Positions 1-9,110 of a stretch of DNA of 32,000 nucleotides are shown one piece after another; within the stretch, counting starts at the first letter, position 1, and every line of letters begins with the position of its first letter. Position numbers and translations under genes: made by a program. Under the pieces are notes generated by a model. It was given only the letters and a program-made list of their open reading frames with translations, did not search any database and was not told where the DNA came from. The DNA comes from Crocosphaera subtropica ATCC 51142 (lineage in GTDB: Bacteria; Cyanobacteriota; Cyanobacteriia; Cyanobacteriales; Microcystaceae): NCBI RefSeq assembly GCF_000017845.1, contig NC_010547.1:150001-182000 (forward strand), written 5' to 3'.

Positions 1-97
1 AAGCATGACAACGAGAAGTGGTGGTTAATTCGTGATCCACCCCAACATCTTCGCTACCCCTCCGAGAATGGTGACGATTAATCCGAGTAACCCTCCG

Positions 98-442
98 TTA
101 AAGATACAAAACCAAACGTAATCCTTCATCGATCCTTTCCATCAAATCTTCATCTAAACAAGTTATTTTTTCAGTTAAAAAAGCTTTATCAATAGTGACA
201 ATTTGTGAAACATTCACTACTGAATCTTTTGGTAGTGAGGTTTGATTTCTTGGTAAATAAACATTGCCTGGAGCTTGGCTCAAGTTGAGATTTGAGGTCA
301 AAATAACAGCAATGACGGTTTGAATTTGACTGCGGTTAAACCCATCATCTTGAACCACTAAAATAGGACGACGATATCCAGGTTCACTCCCTACAGGAGA
401 GGGCAGATTAGCCCACCAAATATCCCCTCGATGAATCACCAT
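98..442 (-). CDS. mazF: Type II toxin-antitoxin toxin, PemK/MazF-family endoribonuclease
   Basis: 114-aa ORF starting MVIHRGDIWWANL, with the PemK/MazF-like pattern (GSEPGYRRPILVV..., LTSN). It overlaps the upstream small antitoxin ORF by 7 nt. Confidence 0.85.
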   Translation of the reverse strand: MVIHRGDIWWANLPSPVGSEPGYRRPILVVQDDGFNRSQIQTVIAVILTSNLNLSQAPGNVYLPRNQTSLPKDSVVNVSQIVTIDKAFLTEKITCLDEDLMERIDEGLRLVLYL

Positions 443-672
443 TGTTCTTTCTCTATCGAACTCAATTGCATTTGTGTAATGTCTTGGGGCAGTTGACTAT
501 CTGTATCTTGATAAACTTGATTAAGCTTTTCCGTGATTTGAGAAGAACGAGAATTTTTTAGATAAGCAGTAATGGCTTTAGTATAAAGTTCACTTCGACT
601 AATATGAAGTTTTTGAGCTAACTTTTCTGCTTCTGTAAAAATGTCATCAGGAATTGAAATTGCTGTTTTCAC
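436..672 (-). CDS. Antitoxin, ribbon-helix-helix (CopG/MazE-like) partner of the MazF toxin
   Basis: 78 aa. N-terminal KTAISIPDDIFTEAEKLAQKLHISRSELYTKAITAYL fits a strand-helix-helix fold. Overlapping operon arrangement with the toxin. Confidence 0.75.
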   Translation of the reverse strand: MKTAISIPDDIFTEAEKLAQKLHISRSELYTKAITAYLKNSRSSQITEKLNQVYQDTDSQLPQDITQMQLSSIEKEQW

Positions 673-746
673 GTTTATTGTCTCCTAACTATTTTCTAGT
701 ATAACTCAGTTATACCAAAAAAACTGTGAGCCAGAAATCACTTCTG

Positions 747-1391
747 TTAATCGCTGGGTCGAAGCCGTTCAAGTATTAGGTTTCTGAACTGTTTTAAAAC
801 TGATAAAACATCATACAGATCATTCCTTCTATTAATCAGAGAAAACAAATTAGATGTGGCATATCTAGGGATTTCTCCCAGTATCAACTTTATAAACAGA
901 AATTCACTTCCATTGAGAACTAATCCGTATATGGGGTTTTCTGAATTGGGTGCTGCTAACATATAAGCTAAGGCTTGGGGGATGGCTTTGGTAATCGAAA
1001 ATTCTGAATTTTTAGCTTCAATAACCGTAACCCATAGTTGTTCTTGAATAACTAATACATCAATAGAACCTTGAATGATCTCTCCTTGATCCTCTGCTGA
1101 CACCTTTATTCCGGTTTCTCCTGATACCCGAAAGGGGGGTTCATAAAACTGAGCTAAATCTAACAATAGAGACAACACTACCATTTTTACGATGCTTTCC
1201 ATTACTGGATATTCAAGTAAGTAAAAGTAATTGTTCTTAATACGATCTAATGCTTGTTTTTCAACACTACTAAGTTTCGGAAGTTCATCAAACCATTCTC
1301 TAAAAAAGTCTTCATCATCAACTTGTTGTAGTCTAAATTTAACTTTTAGATCATGAAGTTTTATTTTTCTAGCAGCAATGGCTTGTGTCAT
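747..1391 (-). CDS. PD-(D/E)xK-type nuclease-fold protein (restriction-endonuclease-like), function unknown
   Basis: 214 aa. SIDVLV ... VIEAKN spacing matches a D...ExK nuclease core. Recalled as a family common in cyanobacteria; not verified. Confidence 0.5.
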   Translation of the reverse strand: MTQAIAARKIKLHDLKVKFRLQQVDDEDFFREWFDELPKLSSVEKQALDRIKNNYFYLLEYPVMESIVKMVVLSLLLDLAQFYEPPFRVSGETGIKVSAEDQGEIIQGSIDVLVIQEQLWVTVIEAKNSEFSITKAIPQALAYMLAAPNSENPIYGLVLNGSEFLFIKLILGEIPRYATSNLFSLINRRNDLYDVLSVLKQFRNLILERLRPSD

Positions 1392-1456
1392 ATTACTTTT
1401 TCAAATTAGCTGTATAATTATAGCAAAAGTCATAGCTAACAACAAAAAAAAGAAAC

Positions 1457-2002
1457 ATGACAATATTAGCTAAATGGTCTATCGATGATTACCATCAGAT
1501 GATTGAAGCAGGGATACTGCGTGACAGAAGTGTGGAATTATTAGACGGGGAAATTGTTGAAATGAGTCCCGAAACCCCCATTCATTATACTACAGCCAAA
1601 CGAGGAACTAAATATTTAGAAACGTTACTGGAAGGAAAAGCGGATGTCCGTTTCAACGGGCCTATTACCTTATCCAACTCCGAACCCGAACCTGATATTG
1701 CTATTGTTCGACTACCAGAATCATCCTACTACAATCGTCATCCTCATCCTCAAGATATTTTCTGGATTATTGAAGTGGCTAAAACTAGCTTAAAAAAAGA
1801 CTTAGAAACTAAACTAAGCATTTATGCTGGAGAACAGATTCAAGAATATTGGATTATCGACTTATTAACTCAACAAATAATTGTCTTTAGAAATCCCCAA
1901 AAAGAGAAATATTGTCAACAATTTAAAATAGGAAAGGGAACAATTACACCACTAGCGTTTTCTAATATTGAGGTTTCTGTTGAGAAACTTTTACCCGCTT
2001 AA
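1457..2002 (+). CDS. Uma2 family (DUF820) endonuclease
   Basis: 181 aa. Typical Uma2 pattern: W(S/T)xxDY, GEIVEMSPE, EPEPDIAIV, IIEVAKTSLKKDLETKLSIYAGEQIQEYWIIDL. Confidence 0.85.
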   Translation: MTILAKWSIDDYHQMIEAGILRDRSVELLDGEIVEMSPETPIHYTTAKRGTKYLETLLEGKADVRFNGPITLSNSEPEPDIAIVRLPESSYYNRHPHPQDIFWIIEVAKTSLKKDLETKLSIYAGEQIQEYWIIDLLTQQIIVFRNPQKEKYCQQFKIGKGTITPLAFSNIEVSVEKLLPA

Positions 2003-2285
2003 GATAACATAACAAAAGTTACTCCGATTAATCCGTACTTTAACAGTTTAGGGCTTCCCAAAGGTAAAAAAAACACTAAACTATGGACTAAAAATATGAT
2101 GCTAGTGGTGAACAAATTTAATTCTTTCTGAAAGTCTGTCTGGGGCAAACTTCAGAGGAGAAGTTTTGGATTTAAGTAGGCTACTACAATTCACTATTAA
2201 GAGTACAATAATGAGGTTTTTCGTACTCTTAATTCTATCATTACTCACAACAAACCGTTATTTTTGAAAACTTAAAAACAGTTGG

Positions 2286-3731
2286 TCATAAAGAAACTCC
2301 ATTGAGAAAATTTTGAGGAGTCCAAGTACCATGAAATCCTTGGGGAAGATGATGAGTTAAGTAACATTTTGCTAGGGGAGAGTTAAGATTTTTAGCATCT
2401 AAAATCACTAAATAAGAGCGATGTCTAGAAGCATCATAAACCACTGACAATAAATAACCATTATCTTCTGCAACTTCCCCTTGTCGTGGGACAAAAACAG
2501 GTTCTCCTGCAAAACTTCTTTCACCTGGACTCCAAATCTGGTATTTCCCGTTCGATTGGTCATATTTCATGATCGCCTGAGTAGGAGCTTTATTGGTTGG
2601 TTGGGAGGCGACACTTAAATATAAATAACGATTTTCTTGCCCAACAAATGCTGGATGAACAGAAGGGAAATCACAGCTTCTTTCTAATAGGGGTTCACGA
2701 GTAACGGCTTTTGAGGATAAATCAAGGGTTATTTGCCACAGTTGTCCAAAAATTGGTTGTTCAAATGACATTTTATCCAGTTCCATTTTATCGTTCTCTC
2801 TTTGAGGAAAGGTATCAGAACAAATAGTTGTAAGATAAATTTTGTTGTTCAATTCCCAAGCATTCCCGTGATGGAAGCCAAAAAAGGCTTCTGTTTCTAA
2901 TATTTCCATCTGTTGACTATCACGAGAAATTATGATAATTTTAGCTGTATTTTGATCATCAAAAGTTAGACACTGTTCTAAACTTTTAATACCTAACAAA
3001 AAAGGTAAAGGATTTAATTTGAAAGGGTGTTTGATAAAAATATAGTAATTAGGAGTTACCAAAAAATCATGAAAAAGAGAAAAGCCATCCAGGGGACAAG
3101 AGGAGGATTTTATTGTTTCCCTTTGTTTATTTAATTCCCAGATAGTTAAAGTTTGGGGACTCATTCCAGACACTCCAAAATTTATAAAACTATGGTCAAT
3201 AATTCTGGGATGCGCTGAAAAAGTTTCTTGATTAAGTAAACCCTCTAAATCATCTATTCCGATAGTTTCCAAGGTTTCAGGATCTAATTGATGGGGAAAA
3301 CCACCTTCCCACATTGCCCATAATTTTCCTCCCCAATAAACAACATTAGTATTAGCTGCATTTTTCAAATTTGTATTAAAAATATTGGCTAACCACCCTC
3401 CTGATCTTTGAGTTCCAAATCCTCGATAAAGTATTTTATTAGCTTTTTGTTCTTTTAAATAACCTTCTGTGCGAATATAACGATTTTGAAAATAGATTTT
3501 TCCTTCTTGAAAGCGAAAAACACGCAACATCCCATCTGCATCAAAAACGTGACCAATAGATTCTCCTCCTACTTCAAATAGTCCAGGTCCATTGCGAAAT
3601 AATGTTCCTTGTAAATCTGGGGGGATTTGTCCTTCAATATCTTTAATTTGATAAGCGTATTCATTGGGTTGAGAAGTATACCCTTTTGCCCAGTCTTTTG
3701 CTAGTTGAGAAGGAGATGAAGTAACAATCAT
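2286..3731 (-). CDS. Carotenoid cleavage oxygenase (apocarotenoid oxygenase / RPE65 family)
   Basis: 481 aa. RNGPG start, conserved His-containing blocks (SAHPRI, FHDF, FGFHHGNAWE, GFHGTW) typical of the family. Confidence 0.9.
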   Translation of the reverse strand: MIVTSSPSQLAKDWAKGYTSQPNEYAYQIKDIEGQIPPDLQGTLFRNGPGLFEVGGESIGHVFDADGMLRVFRFQEGKIYFQNRYIRTEGYLKEQKANKILYRGFGTQRSGGWLANIFNTNLKNAANTNVVYWGGKLWAMWEGGFPHQLDPETLETIGIDDLEGLLNQETFSAHPRIIDHSFINFGVSGMSPQTLTIWELNKQRETIKSSSCPLDGFSLFHDFLVTPNYYIFIKHPFKLNPLPFLLGIKSLEQCLTFDDQNTAKIIIISRDSQQMEILETEAFFGFHHGNAWELNNKIYLTTICSDTFPQRENDKMELDKMSFEQPIFGQLWQITLDLSSKAVTREPLLERSCDFPSVHPAFVGQENRYLYLSVASQPTNKAPTQAIMKYDQSNGKYQIWSPGERSFAGEPVFVPRQGEVAEDNGYLLSVVYDASRHRSYLVILDAKNLNSPLAKCYLTHHLPQGFHGTWTPQNFLNGVSL

Positions 3732-3890
3732 TGAAATTTTATATAGCTTTTGAAAAACGTAATTTATAAAATTATAACTTACTTTTGTTCATTTATGTAA
3801 GATATGATATATCAAAATTTATAGAAATTTTCGTAATATACTAGTTTTGTGTTGGTATATCAGGAACAATTAATAATTAATTATTAATTA

Positions 3891-5978
3891 TTAATTATTC
3901 ACTTGCTTTACATAAGGAATATACAAAGTAAAGCTAACTCCTTTATTTAAAGAATTAAAACAAATTTTTCCACCTATGTCATTCATTACTTCTCGACTTA
4001 TATAAAGTCCTAATCCTATGCCTTGAGTTTCAGGTTTATTCGTGACAAAAGGCTCAAATAAATAATTTTCAATACTCGGATCAATTCCTAACCCATTATC
4101 CTTAATAGAAATAGACCAATAATTAGAATTAACTTCCGTTTCTAAGATTAGATTAGGAACAAAATTAAACTTCTTATTTTGAGCTTCAGCTAAAACATCA
4201 AAAGCATTTTCAATGATATTAAATAAAGGAATTTCTAACTTCTGCGGAATTTTGTTTACTTGCTCAAGTTGAGGCGAAAAATAAGTTTTAATTTGACTGG
4301 CTAATAAAGGAGAAGAATGATATTTGAGAACCGAGTTGAGAATAGCTTTTACAAACTGATTTGGACTCACTTCTATGTAAGTTATTCTTTGCTGAGAAGG
4401 AGATAGTAAAATTAGTTTAAAAATCATTTCTAATTTCTCAATTGGTTCCTGCAAACCTACCAACAAATCTAATAGTCGTTCATCATTTTTATAAGAATCG
4501 AGTACAGAATATTCAGATTCATCTAACATATTAATGATAGTAGCTAATCCATACTTAAGCTGATAAAGTGGATTTTTAAATTGGTGACAAAACCCAGCGG
4601 TCAGTCTTCCTAAAAAAGCTAATTTTTCTTGTTTAATTAATTGTTGCTGATTACGTTTATTGGTTTCTAATGCTTGAGTTAAAGAAATTGTTCTTTCTTC
4701 AACTTTTTGTTCCAAGTTTTCAATATGCTCTAAAATTCTTTCTCGAAAAATATATAAAATAGTAATGAGGAGAAAAATCACTACACTACTATTAGTGGCA
4801 GCAACAGGCAACCACCACCCCCACTGAAAACTCAACAACTGAATTTGGAGCAGGGCCACTATTATCAACAATCCAAAAAGTCCCACAATGACAATTAAAT
4901 TCAGAGGAGAGAAAAATAGTGATAGATAACGAAATCGCCAAATAATCAAACTACCGATCAAGCCCCAACCAGTGAGCCAAATTATTTCTAATCCCTCTGG
5001 TAAAGATTTTAAAGGAGGTAAACCATCAAGAACAGTGTGTAAAATATATTCACTAAAATTAGCTTGAATTTCTACCCCAAAAGCTTGACGTGGCGTTTTT
5101 CCGTCCCCTTGTTCACTAAAAGGAGTATAAAACAAGTCTCGCTTCTGAGAGGTTGTCCAGTATCCAATGAGAACAATCTTATCTTGGAAAAAATTAACAG
5201 GAATACGATTCTCATAAACCTCTGTCAAAGAGATTTGTTTAAATTGCTGCAATGGACGAATCCAACGCATTAACGTTTGATATCCTCCATCATCAGCCCT
5301 AATATATCCCCCAGTATTCTGATTAAAAATCGGAAATTCTACTTTGCCCAATTTTAAACGATTATTAGTTCCCCCTTCAGGAGAAATCCCCTCATTTTCT
5401 AAATATTTTTCAGCTAATAATAATCCTAAACTGGGAATGGCTGACTCTCCTGTTGTGGGAAACAAATTAGCTCGACGAACGACTCCATCATCATCAACCA
5501 CCACTGAAACATCTCCCACTCTTTGAAGATTATCGAGTGTATAAGGAGGTGCAATATAGGTAAAAAAAGGATCTCCTTCAATGCCAGTAAATTTTCCAAT
5601 TCCGTAGAGGTTAGACGTATTCTCAAAAACGGCTTTGAGTTCGTTTGAACCAGGAGGGACTGGAATATCTCTGACCATATCTAACCCAATCGCTCTGGGT
5701 TTTTGTTGAGCAATATTTTTTAGAGTTCTTGCTAATGTTCTATCATCAGGGGTAAAAGCAGGAAAGGTTTTGACATCTTCTTCAGTGATTTTGACAATAA
5801 CCACCCTATTTTGAGTTAATGAGGGGGCTGTTTTTTGAGTCATTTGATCAAAAAAATATAATTCGTTTTCTTGCCAAAATCCTGCGTATCGACAAATTAA
5901 GCTAATCAACACAGCACACAGTAAAGCAACAAAGAAACCTTTGTTCCCTCTTAATTTAGAAGTCCGAGAAATCTTCAT
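3891..5978 (-). CDS. CHASE2-domain sensor histidine kinase
   Basis: 695 aa. N-terminal TM helix plus a ~300-aa extracytoplasmic CHASE2-like region, three TM helices, a coiled coil, an H-box (GFCHQFKNPL), and HATPase N/G boxes (NIIENAFD, DNGLGI, GIGLGL). Confidence 0.85.
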   Translation of the reverse strand: MKISRTSKLRGNKGFFVALLCAVLISLICRYAGFWQENELYFFDQMTQKTAPSLTQNRVVIVKITEEDVKTFPAFTPDDRTLARTLKNIAQQKPRAIGLDMVRDIPVPPGSNELKAVFENTSNLYGIGKFTGIEGDPFFTYIAPPYTLDNLQRVGDVSVVVDDDGVVRRANLFPTTGESAIPSLGLLLAEKYLENEGISPEGGTNNRLKLGKVEFPIFNQNTGGYIRADDGGYQTLMRWIRPLQQFKQISLTEVYENRIPVNFFQDKIVLIGYWTTSQKRDLFYTPFSEQGDGKTPRQAFGVEIQANFSEYILHTVLDGLPPLKSLPEGLEIIWLTGWGLIGSLIIWRFRYLSLFFSPLNLIVIVGLFGLLIIVALLQIQLLSFQWGWWLPVAATNSSVVIFLLITILYIFRERILEHIENLEQKVEERTISLTQALETNKRNQQQLIKQEKLAFLGRLTAGFCHQFKNPLYQLKYGLATIINMLDESEYSVLDSYKNDERLLDLLVGLQEPIEKLEMIFKLILLSPSQQRITYIEVSPNQFVKAILNSVLKYHSSPLLASQIKTYFSPQLEQVNKIPQKLEIPLFNIIENAFDVLAEAQNKKFNFVPNLILETEVNSNYWSISIKDNGLGIDPSIENYLFEPFVTNKPETQGIGLGLYISREVMNDIGGKICFNSLNKGVSFTLYIPYVKQVNN

Positions 5979-6558
5979 TGGACAAAATGATACCTATTTG
6001 TTCTAGCAGTTGATGAAACTCAGTTTTAGATGTTTTTAGGCTCTCGACAAGGGCATCGTACCAAATGCCTCTTTCTGCTAACGATTTGCTGGAATCTCCT
6101 TCATTTAACGAAACTTTTCTAAAGGCAATGCGAATAAAACTACTACCATCGGCTTGTGAAGAACAAGGTAATTCCGCAGTTAGCACATAGTCTCCATTTT
6201 TCAGTTTCAGAGATTCGGGTAATTTTAGCCGTAATAGCCCTTTTTGTTCAACTTCAAGTGGTTTCTCCCATAAAGGAGATTCCACCAGCGGTTGTGTAAT
6301 AGAAATTTTCAGAGAAGATGAGGGAACCTCATACCACCAAAAAAGAAAAGTGGGTTGCTTTAATGCTGTTTTCCCGATATGATCTGATGGGGCTAAGATT
6401 TGAAATTGTGCTACACTTTCTCTACAACCTCGATTGGTTGTTGATTGGGTTTGTTGTTGTTCGTAACGTTTGTCTGGTTTATAAGTATTAGCAAAAACTT
6501 CAGAATGGGGAAACAGCGAGATAATCGAAATGAATGTTAAGCTAATCAAAAAACGCAT
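5956..6558 (-). CDS. DUF928 domain protein with signal peptide
   Basis: 200 aa. Signal peptide MRFLISLTFISIISLFPHSEVFA, then the DUF928-like pattern (NRGC..., LAPSDHIGKT, PTFLFWWYEVP, LKLPESLKLKNGDYVL). Its 3' end overlaps the start of the kinase gene by 23 nt. Confidence 0.75.
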   Translation of the reverse strand: MRFLISLTFISIISLFPHSEVFANTYKPDKRYEQQQTQSTTNRGCRESVAQFQILAPSDHIGKTALKQPTFLFWWYEVPSSSLKISITQPLVESPLWEKPLEVEQKGLLRLKLPESLKLKNGDYVLTAELPCSSQADGSSFIRIAFRKVSLNEGDSSKSLAERGIWYDALVESLKTSKTEFHQLLEQIGIILSNEDFSDF

Positions 6559-8887
6559 TAAAAAAATAGCCTTTTATGTGTTCATCTTTTATTTTAATCT
6601 TATCTTTATCATTTTAACGCAATCAAATACTTGGGGGCAAGTTAATTTAGACTTCATTAAACAACTATATCAGCAAGGAAAATATGGAGAACTTATTGAA
6701 CAGTTAGCTTCTCATCAAGATAATAAGAATCCACTTATTCATGAATATTTAGCCTCTAGTTATGAAGCAACAGGACAGCTAAATTCTGCGATTTTTCACT
6801 GGAAAAAAGCTCGTCAAGTGTATGAACAACACCACAATGTAAATAAAGTCGTAAAATTGAAACTGATACAAGCCCAATTAGAAATTGAAACAGGAGATCC
6901 TCAAGAGGCTTTACACTTGCTACAACAGGTTCCTGAATTGGTGGAAGCCGTTGCCCTCAAGGGAAATGCTCTGTTAGTGTTGGGGGAATATCAAAAAGCG
7001 ATCGCCAAATTTGACACGGCCTTGCAACAAGTTTTTGACCCCGATGTTCGTTTATCCCTTCTGAGCAACCTATCGCAAGCTTATCAAAAAAATACTCTTC
7101 GATTAAAGCAACAACAAGAACTCTTACTCCCAAACAACACAACGGAAAGCCAGCAGTTGGCCAGAGCCGTTCTTGAGAATCAGCAACTAGCTAAGACCAC
7201 AGCTAATCAAGCTTGGCAACTGGCACAAACATTCAATCAGCCTAATTATAGTACCGCAAGAGCTTGGTTAACCTGGCTTCCCTATCTCTCTAAAGAGAAG
7301 CAGCAAGAAACTTTGACAAAGGTGGAAACTGCCCTAAGCAATTTACCTTCTACCCATCAAACAGTGATGTTATGGCTCAATTTGGCAGATATTATTGATC
7401 ATCAAGAGCCAATAACACAAGCTAATGCGATCGCGCAAACCTTGAACGATTACCAAGGTATGGCCATTGCTAAAAGGAAATTAGGTCATTATTTTGAAAC
7501 TCAACAGCAGTATCCATTAGCCTTAGCCTACACTCAAGAAGCCCTTAAATATGCCCACGCACAACTAGCCCACGAGCAACTTTATCGCACTTCATGGCAA
7601 AAAGCTAGAATTTATGAGGCCATAGGAGAAAAAAAAGCAGCTAAACTGGCTTATGAGCAGGCGGTTTATAGTCTTAATAGAATACGCAACAAACTAATTT
7701 CAGCTTCTAAGAACATTCAATTTAATTTTCAAAAAGAAGTTGAACCCGTTTATCGAAATTATCTCTCTTTACTATTAGAAAATCCTACTTCTAAAAATCT
7801 TGATACTGTTACTCAGGTTTTTGACTTGTTACAATTAAGTCAACTGGAAAATTTATTTCAAGATAGTTGCTTTGATGAATCAGATAGGGGAATAGAACCT
7901 TCAGAGATTTTACAAAAGAACAAGATTGCTGTTATTAATACTATTATTTTACCGAATTCTCTGCATATTATTTTTCGTTTACCTCAAGGGAATAAATATC
8001 ATATTCAACAAAATATTACTTCTCAACAACTTAATCATAAAATAGAAGAGTGGAAAACAAATTTATTTAAAGTTACCACCAATGATTATTTAACCTCGTC
8101 TCAATATTTTTACGATTTATTACTCAGCCCTTTTGAACATAAATTTCCCTCATCTAAAGTGAAACAATTGCTATTTATTAATGACGGGTTATTAAAAAAT
8201 TTACCCATGTCAGCCTTATATGATCGTAAAAAGCAGGAATTTCTGATTGAAAAATTTCCTATCAGTAATAATTTAGGACAGCAATTTATAACGAATTCTT
8301 CAGACATTGAATCTCCAGTCATTGCTTTTGGTTTAACCGAATCTCGTCCCCCGATTAATAAATCTCTTCCTAATGTGACTAATGAATTACAGGAAATTAA
8401 GAACATTTGGGGAGGGAACACCTATCTGGATCAAGAATTTACGAGAGAGAGGTTCATAGAAATACTAAAAACGCAACGTCCCCAAATTTTACATATTGCC
8501 ACTCACGGCATCTTTACTGGGGTTTCAGAAACAACCTATTTACAATCCTATGATCAAATCATTGACTTAAATGATTTTGATGATCTTTTACAACGTCATA
8601 CTAATTTATCTTTATTAACTTTAAGTGCTTGTGAAACAGCAACGGGAAATGAAAAAGCAGTCTTAGGATTAGCTGGAGTCGCTATTAAACAGGGGATTCC
8701 TAATACATTAGGAACTTTGTGGCAGGTTCAAGATAATGTTTCTGCCCGACTAATTAGACAGTTTTATCAAAATATAGAAAATAATATTCCTCCCGTCAAA
8801 GCCCTACAACTAGCTCAACTTCGGGAGCTAGAAAATATCAGTCAACACCCTAGAAGTTGGGCAGCGTTTCTATTAATAGGTACTTAA
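6530..8887 (+). CDS. TPR-CHAT protein (caspase-like protease) with N-terminal signal anchor
   Basis: 785 aa. Basic N-terminus plus a hydrophobic helix, TPR-like repeats over ~380 aa, and a C-terminal CHAT domain with the His/Cys dyad contexts ILHIATHG and LSACETATG. Confidence 0.85.
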   Translation: MNVKLIKKRIKKIAFYVFIFYFNLIFIILTQSNTWGQVNLDFIKQLYQQGKYGELIEQLASHQDNKNPLIHEYLASSYEATGQLNSAIFHWKKARQVYEQHHNVNKVVKLKLIQAQLEIETGDPQEALHLLQQVPELVEAVALKGNALLVLGEYQKAIAKFDTALQQVFDPDVRLSLLSNLSQAYQKNTLRLKQQQELLLPNNTTESQQLARAVLENQQLAKTTANQAWQLAQTFNQPNYSTARAWLTWLPYLSKEKQQETLTKVETALSNLPSTHQTVMLWLNLADIIDHQEPITQANAIAQTLNDYQGMAIAKRKLGHYFETQQQYPLALAYTQEALKYAHAQLAHEQLYRTSWQKARIYEAIGEKKAAKLAYEQAVYSLNRIRNKLISASKNIQFNFQKEVEPVYRNYLSLLLENPTSKNLDTVTQVFDLLQLSQLENLFQDSCFDESDRGIEPSEILQKNKIAVINTIILPNSLHIIFRLPQGNKYHIQQNITSQQLNHKIEEWKTNLFKVTTNDYLTSSQYFYDLLLSPFEHKFPSSKVKQLLFINDGLLKNLPMSALYDRKKQEFLIEKFPISNNLGQQFITNSSDIESPVIAFGLTESRPPINKSLPNVTNELQEIKNIWGGNTYLDQEFTRERFIEILKTQRPQILHIATHGIFTGVSETTYLQSYDQIIDLNDFDDLLQRHTNLSLLTLSACETATGNEKAVLGLAGVAIKQGIPNTLGTLWQVQDNVSARLIRQFYQNIENNIPPVKALQLAQLRELENISQHPRSWAAFLLIGT

Positions 8888-9110
8888 TCCCCTCTCCTTC
8901 ACAAAAACAGCATCAAAATATTCTCCCGTACCAGTAGGAGAACTTACTTGATCGATAGTTGCAATAAATTAAATTTTTAATCTAAATTCTTAACTGATCA
9001 AAAATGGTTTCAAAAGAAGCTTGTTGCTCATAAGATGACTGAGTAAAATAGATTTGATCGGGTATTGATTGTTATACTGAATCTGATAATTACTAAGCAG
9101 ATATAGCAAC

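Noticed and set aside
1-97. A short minus-strand frame (...GGLLGLIVTILGGVAKMLGWITN*) downstream of mazF.
   Set aside because: No usable start codon is present, and the frame would overlap the 3' end of mazF. It is too short to assess.
98-2002. The MazEF pair, PD-(D/E)xK protein and Uma2 endonuclease as a novel defence island.
   Set aside because: All are very common, individually dispersed cyanobacterial gene families. Nothing in their arrangement here is unusual.
3868-3899. An AT-only heptamer tandem repeat, (AATTATT)x3 plus degenerate copies, overlapping the stop codon of the kinase gene.
   Set aside because: It is a short simple-sequence repeat in AT-rich DNA. It affects only the last two Asn codons, and there is no evidence of a regulatory or phase-variable role.
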